Sequence record: SRR20825010_561
DNA length: 60,252 nt
Reading direction: 5' to 3' (one strand)
Shown: positions 49,483 to 59,184 of the stretch, one piece after another
Layout: every line of letters starts with the position of its first letter
Numbering within the stretch: position 1 is the stretch's first letter
The notes under the pieces: generated by a model
Database searches by the model: none
What the model was told of the DNA's origin: nothing
What the model saw: only the letters and a program-made list of their open reading frames with translations
Made by a program: the position numbers and the translations under genes

Positions 49483-50331
49483 TCATTTACCGATACCCGT
49501 TTCTTCCTCCTTTATTCCCTCCTCATTGTTCTTCTTGTCCTTCTTTTTCTCTTTAGGAGTTTTGGCCGCTTTGTCCTTCTTCTTGAACATACCGAAAATA
49601 CCTTTCTTTTTAGTTGAAAGCGTATCAGTAACCACTGAATCTTGAAGAGCTTTAAGGTTCTTTCTATAAGTTACAGAATCAATAGGGTCAGGCGGTGGAG
49701 GTGGCTGAGGGAATAGGTGTCCGAACTTCTTATTATAGTTTTCTTGGTCTACATTATAGCCTTTATATCCCTTTGGGGTTGTTAGAACCGTTTCTGTAAT
49801 TACCTTTTTAGGTGCTATTGAATCCAGTACTATAGAATCATTTAGAGACGCTATTTCCGTATTTAATGAATCCAGCACACCCATATTCACCAGTTCGGGT
49901 ACAATTATATCCAGCTTATAGAATGGCCTTTTCTTTAAGATTTTATCTATGAGGTACGGATTTTCTAAAACAGGTCTTTCAGGGCTTGACCAAATTCTAG
50001 CGATAAAAGAGGGACGTTTTCGATTATTGTACTCGAAGCCTTCCTTCTCGATAGAGTATGTTCTACCCTTTTGAACTCGGAAACCTTTGCCTTCTGATGC
50101 AGCATAAAAAGATTCATCTAACTCGTCACTTCTGCCTTTTACAAAGCCATAAGGCATTTTTGGGATAGTATCCCCTTCAAAAACAGTAAATGGAGAAAAA
50201 AGTTGTTGCCGATAATCGTTATCTAGTATTAGAGAAGTTTGGTATGCAGGACATATTAACCTCTCTGTACATGAAAAGAGGACGCTGCAAAAGCAGAGCA
50301 ATATGATAGGTTTACAATTCATTAGTCCCAA
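49483..50331 (-). CDS. Hypothetical lipoprotein with Pro-rich and Lys-rich C-terminal region
   Basis: LFSC lipobox-like motif; PQPPPPPDP. Confidence 0.65.
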   Translation of the reverse strand: MGLMNCKPIILLCFCSVLFSCTERLICPAYQTSLILDNDYRQQLFSPFTVFEGDTIPKMPYGFVKGRSDELDESFYAASEGKGFRVQKGRTYSIEKEGFEYNNRKRPSFIARIWSSPERPVLENPYLIDKILKKRPFYKLDIIVPELVNMGVLDSLNTEIASLNDSIVLDSIAPKKVITETVLTTPKGYKGYNVDQENYNKKFGHLFPQPPPPPDPIDSVTYRKNLKALQDSVVTDTLSTKKKGIFGMFKKKDKAAKTPKEKKKDKKNNEEGIKEEETGIGK

Positions 50332-50472
50332 AAGGGCTTCCCAGATTTACTAATGTGCTGTTAAGTCCCAAACCTAACAATTTAATTCAATCTTCAATAA
50401 TGAATCTGTTCGGTCATTTTAAGCCAATCGCAATGACCAAAACTTAGTTTTATCATTTAAGTTTACATCGTG

Positions 50473-51609
50473 ATGAGGCAATTTGATTATATAATAGCAG
50501 GAGGAGGGTCAGCAGGTCTGACCCTAGCTTATTTGCTGTTGACATACGGAAATAGTGAAAAAACCACACTTATTATAGATAAAGACGATAAATCGACAAA
50601 TGACCGCACGTGGTGCTTCTGGGAAAAGGAAGTAAATCTGTTCGAAAATTTGGTGCATAAACAGTGGGCCAAAGCTTCGTTCTCAAGTCCTAGGTTCAAG
50701 AAGACATTCGACCTTCAACCTTATACTTACAAAATGATAAAAGGTAAGGACTTCTATGATTTCATGAAATTGGAGTTAAGTAAATTTCAGAACCTTACTT
50801 GGGTAACAGAGACCATTACCGAAATTAGTCCTGACGGTGTTGTGAATACCACTACAGGGAATTATAAAGGAAGCTTCGTTTTCAACAGTACTACTGGACT
50901 GCAAGATTTCAAAATCCCATCCAAACACGTGCAGTTTCTCCAGCATTTCAAAGGACGGTTTATTCAAACAGAGCAAGCTTGCTTTGATGCCGACACGATG
51001 ACCTATATGGATTTCAGAATAGATCAAAAAGGAGATTGTAGATTTGGATATGTACTTCCATTTTCAACAACCGAAGCGCTGGTGGAATACACAATTTTTA
51101 GTGAACAGGTTCTTCAACCCGAAGAGTATGACAAAGGACTGGGTGATTATATTAACAATTTTCTGAAAATAGACAATTATAAGGTTCTAGAAGACGAATT
51201 CGGAGTGATTCCGATGACTGACTTCCCATTTCCTTCACAGGATGGGAAAATTATAAACATTGGCATTAGCGGTGGTTTTGCAAAACCCTCCACCGGATAT
51301 ACCTTTTTGCGATCGCAACAGATCTTAAAGAAGATGGCGACTAATTTAGCCAAGCAAAAAGACCCATTAGCTGATTTACCTCATCAGAAAAAGAGGTTCA
51401 TGAAGTACGATAGTACATTGTTAAATGTACTGAAGAATGGCGAGCATTCCGGAGCTCAAATATTCTCCGACCTGTTTGAGAAAAACGGAGCGCAAGCCGT
51501 CTTTAAATTTTTGGATGAAGAAACCAATTTGGCCGAAGAAATGAAGATTATGTCCTCCACCCCTATTTTAGCTTTTGGAAAAGCATTTTTCAAAACTTTT
51601 GGAAAGTAA
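50473..51609 (+). CDS. Lycopene cyclase family flavoprotein
   Basis: GGGSAG FAD motif, NDRTWCFW, MDFR, EFGVIPM, KPSTGYTF. Confidence 0.85.
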   Translation: MRQFDYIIAGGGSAGLTLAYLLLTYGNSEKTTLIIDKDDKSTNDRTWCFWEKEVNLFENLVHKQWAKASFSSPRFKKTFDLQPYTYKMIKGKDFYDFMKLELSKFQNLTWVTETITEISPDGVVNTTTGNYKGSFVFNSTTGLQDFKIPSKHVQFLQHFKGRFIQTEQACFDADTMTYMDFRIDQKGDCRFGYVLPFSTTEALVEYTIFSEQVLQPEEYDKGLGDYINNFLKIDNYKVLEDEFGVIPMTDFPFPSQDGKIINIGISGGFAKPSTGYTFLRSQQILKKMATNLAKQKDPLADLPHQKKRFMKYDSTLLNVLKNGEHSGAQIFSDLFEKNGAQAVFKFLDEETNLAEEMKIMSSTPILAFGKAFFKTFGK

Positions 51610-51621
51610 TGCTGGGTAAGT

Positions 51622-52698
51622 TTACCAAGGGTAGTAAATCACACCTGAAGATGAACTCTTCGAAGCACCCGTCACAGTACTAAGACAATTGATCTCTTCC
51701 TCACTTCTTAAAACGCCCATAAAAGCAAAAACGATAGCTTCTTTAAAGTCAATTACTGAGGTATCGGGAATTACAACTTCAATTGAGTTTCCCAAATAGT
51801 ACTGAATCATCTCTACCAAGAATAGATTTTTTGCCCCTCCTCCTGTGATCAGCATCTTAGCCCCTACCTTTGCATGAGGTTTTAAGCTTTCACTAACCTG
51901 AAAAGCGATATGATGAATAGCCGTATGTAGTTGATCTTCAACATTGGCCTCTGAGCCATCAATCAAATGCATCATTTGATCTCGGAACCACTCATAGCCC
52001 AAAGACTTGGGAAAAGGTTGTTGATAAAAGTCCAATGCGTTTAGCGCATTCAATAATGATTGAACCATATTACCTGAACGCGCCATTTTACCTCCATCAT
52101 CAAAAGACTTTCCTATTGATTTTAAGATATAACTTAACAGCATATTCGCTGGCGAAATATCAAAGGCCTTTCTCATTCCGTCCATTCGGAACGAAGCGTT
52201 AGAAATGCCACCTAAATTCAAGCAGAAATCATAATCAGAAAAAAGGAGCTCGTCACCTATGGGCACCAAAGGAGCGCCTTGGCCTCCAAGCGTCACATCT
52301 AGGATACGGAAGTCGCAAATCACTTTTTGTGCAGCAGCATTGGCCAATGTCTGCCCTGCCCCTATCTGGTATGTGAGTCCTTTGTCTGTTTGATGAAAAA
52401 CGGTATGTCCATGGCTGGAAATAAAATCAACCTCAAGTTGATTGTCGGCTATAAAAATCTCTGCCTGCTCTCCCATCCATCGCCCAAATTCATTATTGAG
52501 CAATAGTAAATCTAAAGCAGAGAGCTCAATAGAGCGTTTAAGCTTTTCTTGAAAATCAGGGGTATATTCGATACAAGTGGATTTGTTCAATGAAAAGCTC
52601 CACCGACCATTCTCCTTCCGAAAAGAGCAATAAGCCAAATCCAATCCATCCAAAGATGTACCCGACATTAAACCTAATACATGGTAGGCTTCTTTCAT
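51622..52698 (-). CDS. anmK: Anhydro-N-acetylmuramic acid kinase
   Basis: GLMSGTSLDGLD, SHGHTVFH, GGQGAPLVP, NLGGISN. Confidence 0.93.
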   Translation of the reverse strand: MKEAYHVLGLMSGTSLDGLDLAYCSFRKENGRWSFSLNKSTCIEYTPDFQEKLKRSIELSALDLLLLNNEFGRWMGEQAEIFIADNQLEVDFISSHGHTVFHQTDKGLTYQIGAGQTLANAAAQKVICDFRILDVTLGGQGAPLVPIGDELLFSDYDFCLNLGGISNASFRMDGMRKAFDISPANMLLSYILKSIGKSFDDGGKMARSGNMVQSLLNALNALDFYQQPFPKSLGYEWFRDQMMHLIDGSEANVEDQLHTAIHHIAFQVSESLKPHAKVGAKMLITGGGAKNLFLVEMIQYYLGNSIEVVIPDTSVIDFKEAIVFAFMGVLRSEEEINCLSTVTGASKSSSSGVIYYPW

Positions 52699-52713
52699 CT
52701 TAGCATTTGAATA

Positions 52714-54027
52714 TTAACCAAACAGTGCACCTGCTATTGTAGCGGTCATCATGGTGGCCAGTGTAGCAGCCATTAGTGCCTTAACCCCTAGTCTCGACAA
52801 GTCTCCTTGACGATTGGGTGCTAAACCTCCAATGCCTCCAATTTGAATCGCAATCGAAGAGAAGTTCGCAAAACCACAAAGTGCATAGGTTGCAATAACG
52901 ACAGATTTTTCACTGAGGGCACCAGCCGCTTTCATATCAGCCAAGCTCAAATAAGCCACAAACTCATTGATTACTGTTTTCTGGCCAATTAAACTTCCTA
53001 CTTGTAAGGTCTCAGACCATTCCACGCCCATTATAAAGGCGAACAGCCTAAACACCTGTCCCAATATATACTCAAGGCTAAAACCACTGAATACGCCATT
53101 GGTGCTTGATATTACGTAGGAGTTCAAACCTGTCCAAGCGCCAATTCCATCCACTAGAATCCAGTTGATCGAATAAATCACAGCAATAAAAGCCAGTAGC
53201 ATAGCGGCTATGTTCATTGCCAATTTCATTCCGTCAGATGCTCCACCCGCCAGCGCATCAATAACATTGACACCAATCTGATCTTTGTTCACGTTCAGTC
53301 GTGAGTCGATTTTTTCAGGCTCTAACTCTGGCAAGAATATTTTAGACATTACGATGGCAGCAGGGGCATTCATAATGGACGCACTTAATAGATAAGTTGC
53401 AAATTTGGCTTGTTGAACGGGATCTCCACCTCCCAGAAAGGAAACATAAGCGCCTAATACCGAACCAGCAATAGTGGCCATCCCACCTGTCATAAGGCAG
53501 AGTAATTCGGAGTTGGTCATTTTACCAATAAAAGGCTTGACCAATAGGGGCGCTTCGGTTTGGCCTAGAAATATATTACCTGCCGCAGACATAGATTCCG
53601 CACCAGACAAACGCATTGTTTTGGCCATGATCCATGCAAAACCATATACGATTTTTTGAAGAATTCCCAAGTAATACAGACCTGCCGTAACCGCAGAAAA
53701 GAAGATTACAGTAGGTAAAGCTTGAAAAACAAATAGAAAACCAAGGCTGTGGTTTACGCCTTCCACTGCGCTACTATTTTTAGCCAGATCGCCATAGAGA
53801 AATTCAGCCCCATTAAGTGAAAAACCCAAGAAGGTAACAAAAGCCTGACTCACTTTATCGAAAGCCAATTGAATAAAGCCTACTTCTGAAATCAGTAGTG
53901 CAATCACCAACTGTATGATTACACCGACCCCTACTAACCTCCAATCAACCTTCTTTCTTCTACTCGACAGCAAATAGGCAATCCCTATAAGTACTATCAA
54001 TCCAATTATTCCTCTTACAATGGCCAT
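52714..54027 (-). CDS. nupC: Concentrative nucleoside transporter (NupC/CNT family)
   Basis: NIFLGQTEAP, GMATIAGSV, NEFVAY, CGFANFSSIAIQIGG. Confidence 0.9.
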   Translation of the reverse strand: MAIVRGIIGLIVLIGIAYLLSSRRKKVDWRLVGVGVIIQLVIALLISEVGFIQLAFDKVSQAFVTFLGFSLNGAEFLYGDLAKNSSAVEGVNHSLGFLFVFQALPTVIFFSAVTAGLYYLGILQKIVYGFAWIMAKTMRLSGAESMSAAGNIFLGQTEAPLLVKPFIGKMTNSELLCLMTGGMATIAGSVLGAYVSFLGGGDPVQQAKFATYLLSASIMNAPAAIVMSKIFLPELEPEKIDSRLNVNKDQIGVNVIDALAGGASDGMKLAMNIAAMLLAFIAVIYSINWILVDGIGAWTGLNSYVISSTNGVFSGFSLEYILGQVFRLFAFIMGVEWSETLQVGSLIGQKTVINEFVAYLSLADMKAAGALSEKSVVIATYALCGFANFSSIAIQIGGIGGLAPNRQGDLSRLGVKALMAATLATMMTATIAGALFG

Positions 54028-54152
54028 GGTTAACTGCTCACGTGTGAATTTTTAATATTAAAAAGTGACTCATAAAACCACTCCAACGCGATCTCGAAAG
54101 AAATACTCTAAAGATCAACCCGTTAAAGTTAACGGAACTTATTAAACACAAT

Positions 54153-54184
54153 AAAGCCCTTCCGATTTAATTCAGAAAGGCTTT
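54153..54184 (-). terminator. Probable terminator after etfBA-DUF151
   Basis: AAAGCC...GGCTTT inverted repeat just past the DUF151 stop. Confidence 0.55.
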
Positions 54185-54195
54185 AATTATTTCTC

Positions 54196-54783
54196 CTAAC
54201 TTCTTTTGTTCATTTCATCCCTGATTTTAGCGGCCTTTTCGTAGTCTTCGTTACCCAAGGCCTCATCCAGCATTTGCTGAAGCTTATCAAGAGAATAATC
54301 TTGCAATCTATCTCCTTTTGGTTTTTCCGTTGCCGACATTTCTTCCATGTCCTCCGCAACCTCTTCCTCATCGGTTAAAATGATCCCAGCTTCGGAAAGC
54401 ACGGTCTCGTAAGTATAGAAAGGAACATCGAATCGGATTCCAATGGCAATGGCATCAGAGGGTCTTGCGTCAATATCGATGGTTTTAACGCCATCGCTAC
54501 AAACGATTTTTGCAAAAAAGACACCTTCTTTCAAATCGGAAATAATGATGTGTTTCACACTAAACCCAAAGCCATTCGCAAATGATTTAAATAAATCATG
54601 CGTCATTGGGCGGTTAGGAACAATCTTTTCAATTTCCAAGGCAATGGCTTGGGCCTCGAACATCCCGATAATAATGGGCAATCTTCTTTCGCCTTCTACT
54701 TCACCAAGCACAAGTGCAAAAGAGCCAGAAGTTTGCGACTGACTGGAGGAAAGACCCAGGATTTCGATTTTTATTTTTTTCAA
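54196..54783 (-). CDS. Bifunctional nuclease (DUF151) with C-terminal UVR domain
   Basis: LPIIIG, RPMTHDL, DARPSDAIA; EDYEKAAKIRDE. Confidence 0.9.
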   Translation of the reverse strand: MKKIKIEILGLSSSQSQTSGSFALVLGEVEGERRLPIIIGMFEAQAIALEIEKIVPNRPMTHDLFKSFANGFGFSVKHIIISDLKEGVFFAKIVCSDGVKTIDIDARPSDAIAIGIRFDVPFYTYETVLSEAGIILTDEEEVAEDMEEMSATEKPKGDRLQDYSLDKLQQMLDEALGNEDYEKAAKIRDEMNKRS

Positions 54784-54795
54784 AATGGTAGAAAA

Positions 54796-55749
54796 CTAGG
54801 CTAAAGCTTTTTTAAGGGCTTCGTTCAACTTAGGTAAAACTTCAAAAGCATCACCAACAATACCATAATCAGCAGCTTTGAAAAATGGTGCTTCTTCATC
54901 TTTGTTGATCACAACAATGTATTTTGAAGAGTTAACACCAGCCAAGTGCTGAATAGCCCCAGAAATACCTACCGCGATATACAATGAAGGGCTCACCTTT
55001 ACGCCTGTTTGACCAACGTGTTCATGGTGAGGTCTCCAATCCATATCCGAAACTGGTTTTGAACAGCCTGTAGCTGCACCTAGCGTTTTGGCCAAATCTT
55101 CAATAATACCCCAGTTTTCCGGACCTTTCAATCCACGACCACCAGATACTACGATATCTGCCTCTGGCAATAATACATCGCCTTCTGCTTTTTCTGAAGA
55201 AGTGATTTTTGCACCAAAAAGCGCATCTTCTAAAGTCACATCAAAAGCCTCAACAGAAGCCGCAGCTCCGTCTATTTTTAGCTCAATAGCGTTCTTCTTG
55301 ATCGCTAATATTTTCTTATCGGTAGTTAATGTAGTATTCACAAAAGCCTTACCCGTGTAAATGCTTTGTTTTACTACGAAACCGTTATCTGTTTTTGGCA
55401 ATTCAGATACATTCGAAGCCAAAGCGGCTCCCAATTTCACTGAAATTCTACCTACTACTGCATCGGCTAAAGATGACTTTGCCGTTACCAATACTTCGGC
55501 ACCCGTGCTTTCAAATGCTTTTGCTATTACTTCTGTATAAGGCTGAATCAAGCCAGCGTTAAGCTTTTCATCAGCAGCATGCAATACCTTAGTGGCACCG
55601 TTTGTTCCTGCCGAAGCCAACTCTTCGCTCGAGATTGAACCTAAAGCAATGGCAGTAACCTCTCCAATCGCAGCTCCATACGTGATGGCCTCTCTTGAGG
55701 ATTTCTTGATCTTTCCGTCTTCTGTTTCTATAAATACTAAAACTGACAT
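54796..55749 (-). CDS. etfA: Electron transfer flavoprotein alpha subunit
   Basis: VSGGRG, VGQTG, GISGAIQHLAG. Confidence 0.95.
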   Translation of the reverse strand: MSVLVFIETEDGKIKKSSREAITYGAAIGEVTAIALGSISSEELASAGTNGATKVLHAADEKLNAGLIQPYTEVIAKAFESTGAEVLVTAKSSLADAVVGRISVKLGAALASNVSELPKTDNGFVVKQSIYTGKAFVNTTLTTDKKILAIKKNAIELKIDGAAASVEAFDVTLEDALFGAKITSSEKAEGDVLLPEADIVVSGGRGLKGPENWGIIEDLAKTLGAATGCSKPVSDMDWRPHHEHVGQTGVKVSPSLYIAVGISGAIQHLAGVNSSKYIVVINKDEEAPFFKAADYGIVGDAFEVLPKLNEALKKALA

Positions 55750-55768
55750 GTTCTGTGCTTTTGGAGAT

Positions 55769-56506
55769 TTAAATTACTTTCGCTTCGTTCTTGAGTAGAT
55801 TCACCAACTCTTCCACATTATTTGCATCAATCATTTTTACCGCTCCTTTTGGTGCTGGTAATTCGTATTGAGCAATCTCAGTAAGCCTTGTATTATCAGT
55901 AGGCTCCACCACATTCAATGGCTTAGTTCTGGCCGACATAATACCTCTCATGTTTGGTATTTTCCATTCAGCAATTGGCTCTTGACAACCTGCAACGAAC
56001 GGCAAATTCACTTCTAATTTCTCTTTTCCTCCTTCGATTTCACGTGTAATTTTGGCTGCGTTTCCTTCTACTTCTAACACCATTACTGGAGAGAATGAAG
56101 GCAACCCAAGCATTTCGCCAACCATACCATGTACCATTCCACCATTGAAATCGATTGACTCACGGCCCATCAAAATCAAATCATACTCACCTTGTTTTGC
56201 TACATCGGCAATTTGCTTGGCAACAAAATAAGAATCAGAAGGGAATGCATTTACTCTAATGGCTTCATCGGCTCCAATGGCCAATGCTTTTCTCAAAGTT
56301 GGTTCAGTTTCAGCTTCTCCAACATTTAAAACGGTTACTTTACCTCCATTGGCTTCCTTCAACTCTACCGCTCTGGCCAGTGCGTAATCATCGTATGGAC
56401 CGATGATAAATTGCACACCATTCTTATCGAATTTGGTATTGTTTTCTGTGAAAGCGATGCGCGAAGTAGTATCAGGTACGTGGGTGATACAAACGAGTAT
56501 ATTCAT
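55769..56506 (-). CDS. etfB: Electron transfer flavoprotein beta subunit
   Basis: VPDT, ALAIGAD, REIEGG; start revised to 56506. Confidence 0.95.
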   Translation of the reverse strand: MNILVCITHVPDTTSRIAFTENNTKFDKNGVQFIIGPYDDYALARAVELKEANGGKVTVLNVGEAETEPTLRKALAIGADEAIRVNAFPSDSYFVAKQIADVAKQGEYDLILMGRESIDFNGGMVHGMVGEMLGLPSFSPVMVLEVEGNAAKITREIEGGKEKLEVNLPFVAGCQEPIAEWKIPNMRGIMSARTKPLNVVEPTDNTRLTEIAQYELPAPKGAVKMIDANNVEELVNLLKNEAKVI

Positions 56507-56630
56507 GCTTGCTTTATGATTTTTTGTATAATGAATTTCTATAATAAACCCCTCATTTGGCCTTGTGTTCAACTTTAAGTTAAAAAGGCCTTTATTTGAG
56601 GAAAACGATATAAAAAGAAGGCTTAAACCT

Positions 56631-56638
56631 TAAATTTG
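56631..56638 (+). promoter_or_regulatory. -7 promoter box
   Basis: TAAATTTG(CCC). Confidence 0.5.
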
Positions 56639-56684
56639 CCCCGAAGATAGTCAATAATGAAGTAAATAAAAATCAATGTAAACG

Positions 56685-57008
56685 ATGAACGAACAGAGAT
56701 TGAGCATGTTAAAAAAATTTGCAGCGGAAGAACCCAACGACCCTTTTAACTGGTACGCCTTGGCCAACGAATATTTAACGGGATCACCCGAAAAAGCCAA
56801 AGAATATTTTGACATGCTGCTTTCAGAATTCCCTGACTACCTCCCCACTTATTACCATGCAGCCCAGGTATACATCGACTTAATGGAAGATGAAAAGGCC
56901 TTAAGTATTTACGTTCAAGGGATTGCATTGGCCCAAAAGCAACAAAACTCAAAAGCGCATCGTGAGTTGAGTGCTGCACACCAAAATTTATTATTCGAAA
57001 TGGAGTAA
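56685..57008 (+). CDS. Small TPR protein
   Basis: EEPNDPFNWYALA, PDYLPTYYHAA. Confidence 0.8.
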   Translation: MNEQRLSMLKKFAAEEPNDPFNWYALANEYLTGSPEKAKEYFDMLLSEFPDYLPTYYHAAQVYIDLMEDEKALSIYVQGIALAQKQQNSKAHRELSAAHQNLLFEME

Positions 57009-57069
57009 TTAAACTTTGAATAATTTGATTAGGCTACTACATTTAGGTCAAATTTTCAACGCCTTTCAA

Positions 57070-57801
57070 ATGATTCGAACAGCACTCAGTTTATTCTCAC
57101 TTCTCCTTTACTTCAGTGCATTTTCTCAAGAAGTTGATACAGTCTATTATAACCAAAAAGATAAGGTCGTTGATAAAAGCGATGCATCAATATTTCGATA
57201 TGATGTAACATCTACTATTGAAAAAAACAGTTCTATCCATAGGTATCTGAAAGACGGTACACTACTAGAGCGACTAAACCTTGTTAAGAAGAAAAAAGAG
57301 GGTGATTATTACTATCTAGATCTTACCGATTCGATTCAGACCACAGGAATGTATATAAAGAATGTTAAGGTGGATAAATGGACATCTAAAGACCTCAGAA
57401 ATGGCCATACTTTTATCGACAACTATGACTTGGAAGGTGTTTTGATTAGTAAGGAAAGTGTCTTATCGGCTGAAATCAGAATCTATGAAATGGACGACCT
57501 TGACAACCATCCAGAGTATAAAACAGGGCAAGATGGATGGAACCAACATTTAAGAGAGCACCTAAAGTATCCATTAGAAGCACGCAGAAGTGGAGCGCAA
57601 GGAGCAATAGAGCTACGATTAACTATTTTAAGTAGCGGGAGGGTGGCGAAAGTGGAAGTCAAAAACAACGAATTCGACATGTATTTAGCCAGAGAAGCTA
57701 TGCGAGTGGCCCAAATTTCTGAGGACTGGAAACCCGGAATAAAAGGTGGGGAGGCAGTTAATGCTTATATGGATATAAAGATTGTCTTTAAGCTCGGTTA
57801 A
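57070..57801 (+). CDS. TonB C-terminal domain protein
   Basis: Signal peptide; LKYPLEARRSGAQG...WKPG...IVFKL; start revised to 57070. Confidence 0.8.
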   Translation: MIRTALSLFSLLLYFSAFSQEVDTVYYNQKDKVVDKSDASIFRYDVTSTIEKNSSIHRYLKDGTLLERLNLVKKKKEGDYYYLDLTDSIQTTGMYIKNVKVDKWTSKDLRNGHTFIDNYDLEGVLISKESVLSAEIRIYEMDDLDNHPEYKTGQDGWNQHLREHLKYPLEARRSGAQGAIELRLTILSSGRVAKVEVKNNEFDMYLAREAMRVAQISEDWKPGIKGGEAVNAYMDIKIVFKLG

Positions 57802-57910
57802 AACTCTAAGTCATACTCAAACCAAGCACCTTTCTCTAAAATTCGCTTAAACCTCATATGCCCTAGTGTTTCCATTTAGGCTAGAATAGCTACTTTTCGA
57901 TTTTGAAGCG

Positions 57911-57918
57911 TACCTTTG
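57911..57918 (+). promoter_or_regulatory. -7 promoter box for rlmF
   Basis: TACCTTTG. Confidence 0.55.
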
Positions 57919-57934
57919 CCTTTGATAAACTCAT

Positions 57935-58969
57935 ATGGATATGTCTGAAAGAAGAGAAAGAAAAGCACCCCATAAAAAAACAAGTAAAGACAGTGTTCCA
58001 GTAGCCAAGCCAAAACTTCACCCTAGAAATAAGCATAAAGGCAGGTATGATTTACCTCAGCTCGTTAAAGGGACTCCTGAACTGGGTACCTTCGTTCAGC
58101 CAAATAAATATGGAGACGACTCCATTGATTTTGCCAACCCAGCCGCAGTAAAAGCACTAAATACGGCCTTATTGAAGCATCATTATAAATTAGAATTCTG
58201 GGACATTCCCGAAGACTATCTATGCCCGCCAATTCCTGGTAGGGCCGATTACATTCACCATATGGCCGATGTCCTTGGCGGAAGCAATTATGGAAAAATA
58301 CCTGCTGGCGAAAAAGTGACTTGCATTGATGTAGGAGTTGGCGCCAATTGCGTTTATCCAATCATCGGTACACAAGAATATGGCTGGTCTTTTATTGGTA
58401 CTGACATTGATTCTGTTTCTATCAAATCAGCTCAAGCCATTATAGACCAAAACCCCAACTTGGTGGGTAAAATAGAATTAAGAAGACAGCCAGAGCCTAA
58501 AGATATTTTCTACGGCATTCTCAGAAAAGAAGACCGAGTTGATTTAACCATTTGCAACCCTCCCTTCCACCGTTCTCCAGACGAAGCCCAAGAAAGTGCC
58601 TCGCGAAAAGTGAATAACCTCGCCAAGAAAAAGGTAGCCGACCCAGTTTTGAACTTTGGAGGCAGAAGCAAAGAACTATGGTGCGATGGCGGAGAAAGAA
58701 AGTTCATTCAAACCATGATTCGCGAAAGCAAAAACTTTGGAAACTCCTGTTACTGGTTTTCTAGCTTGGTGTCAAAATCTTCTAACCTTCCTGTAATCTT
58801 AGAATCCTTAGAAAAAGCAGAGGCTATTGAAGTAAGAACCATTCCTATGGGGCAAGGCAACAAAAGCAGCCGAATTGTAGCTTGGACTTTCCTCAACGCT
58901 GCTCAGCAAAAAGAATGGAAAAATACGAGATGGAAGGAAAAAGAAGAATCTACTAAAGCATCAGGGTAG
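57935..58969 (+). CDS. rlmF: 23S rRNA m6A1618 methyltransferase
   Basis: LHPRN, LCPPIPGRADY, GVGANCVYP, CNPPF, MGQGNK. Confidence 0.95.
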   Translation: MDMSERRERKAPHKKTSKDSVPVAKPKLHPRNKHKGRYDLPQLVKGTPELGTFVQPNKYGDDSIDFANPAAVKALNTALLKHHYKLEFWDIPEDYLCPPIPGRADYIHHMADVLGGSNYGKIPAGEKVTCIDVGVGANCVYPIIGTQEYGWSFIGTDIDSVSIKSAQAIIDQNPNLVGKIELRRQPEPKDIFYGILRKEDRVDLTICNPPFHRSPDEAQESASRKVNNLAKKKVADPVLNFGGRSKELWCDGGERKFIQTMIRESKNFGNSCYWFSSLVSKSSNLPVILESLEKAEAIEVRTIPMGQGNKSSRIVAWTFLNAAQQKEWKNTRWKEKEESTKASG

Positions 58970-58970
58970 A

Positions 58971-59073
58971 TGTAAATGGTTAAAACCATTACACAAAATT
59001 TTTCCTGCATATAGCCCACGGTTTAAACCGTGGGCTATGGTAAAGATGAATTGAAAGAACCGTTTTAACGGTT
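58971..59073. repeat. Cluster of three related palindromes (REP-like)
   Basis: AATGGTT-aa-AACCATT (58975-58990); perfect 28-bp ATAGCCCACGGTTTAAACCGTGGGCTAT (59011-59038); AACCGTT-tt-AACGGTT (59058-59073). Confidence 0.75.
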
Positions 59074-59184
59074 TATGTTTTTTGAGTTCAGCAGTAGTTT
59101 TACAATCAGGAAGAAGCTGGTTTTTGGTTGTTATTTAGCAGAAAAGATTCTTTTTTTTCTATCTTTAATTAAAGACAATAGGAA

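Noticed and set aside
56559-56590. GGCCTT...AAGGCC inverted repeat between divergent etfB and the TPR gene
   Set aside because: Short, interrupted stem that could arise by chance; no supporting context
524-58707. Many short ORFs antisense to or nested in long genes (e.g. 524-889, 3247-3585, 28725-29036, 48670-49101, 58065-58361)
   Set aside because: They fully overlap well-supported genes and show no recognisable motifs; treated as shadow ORFs
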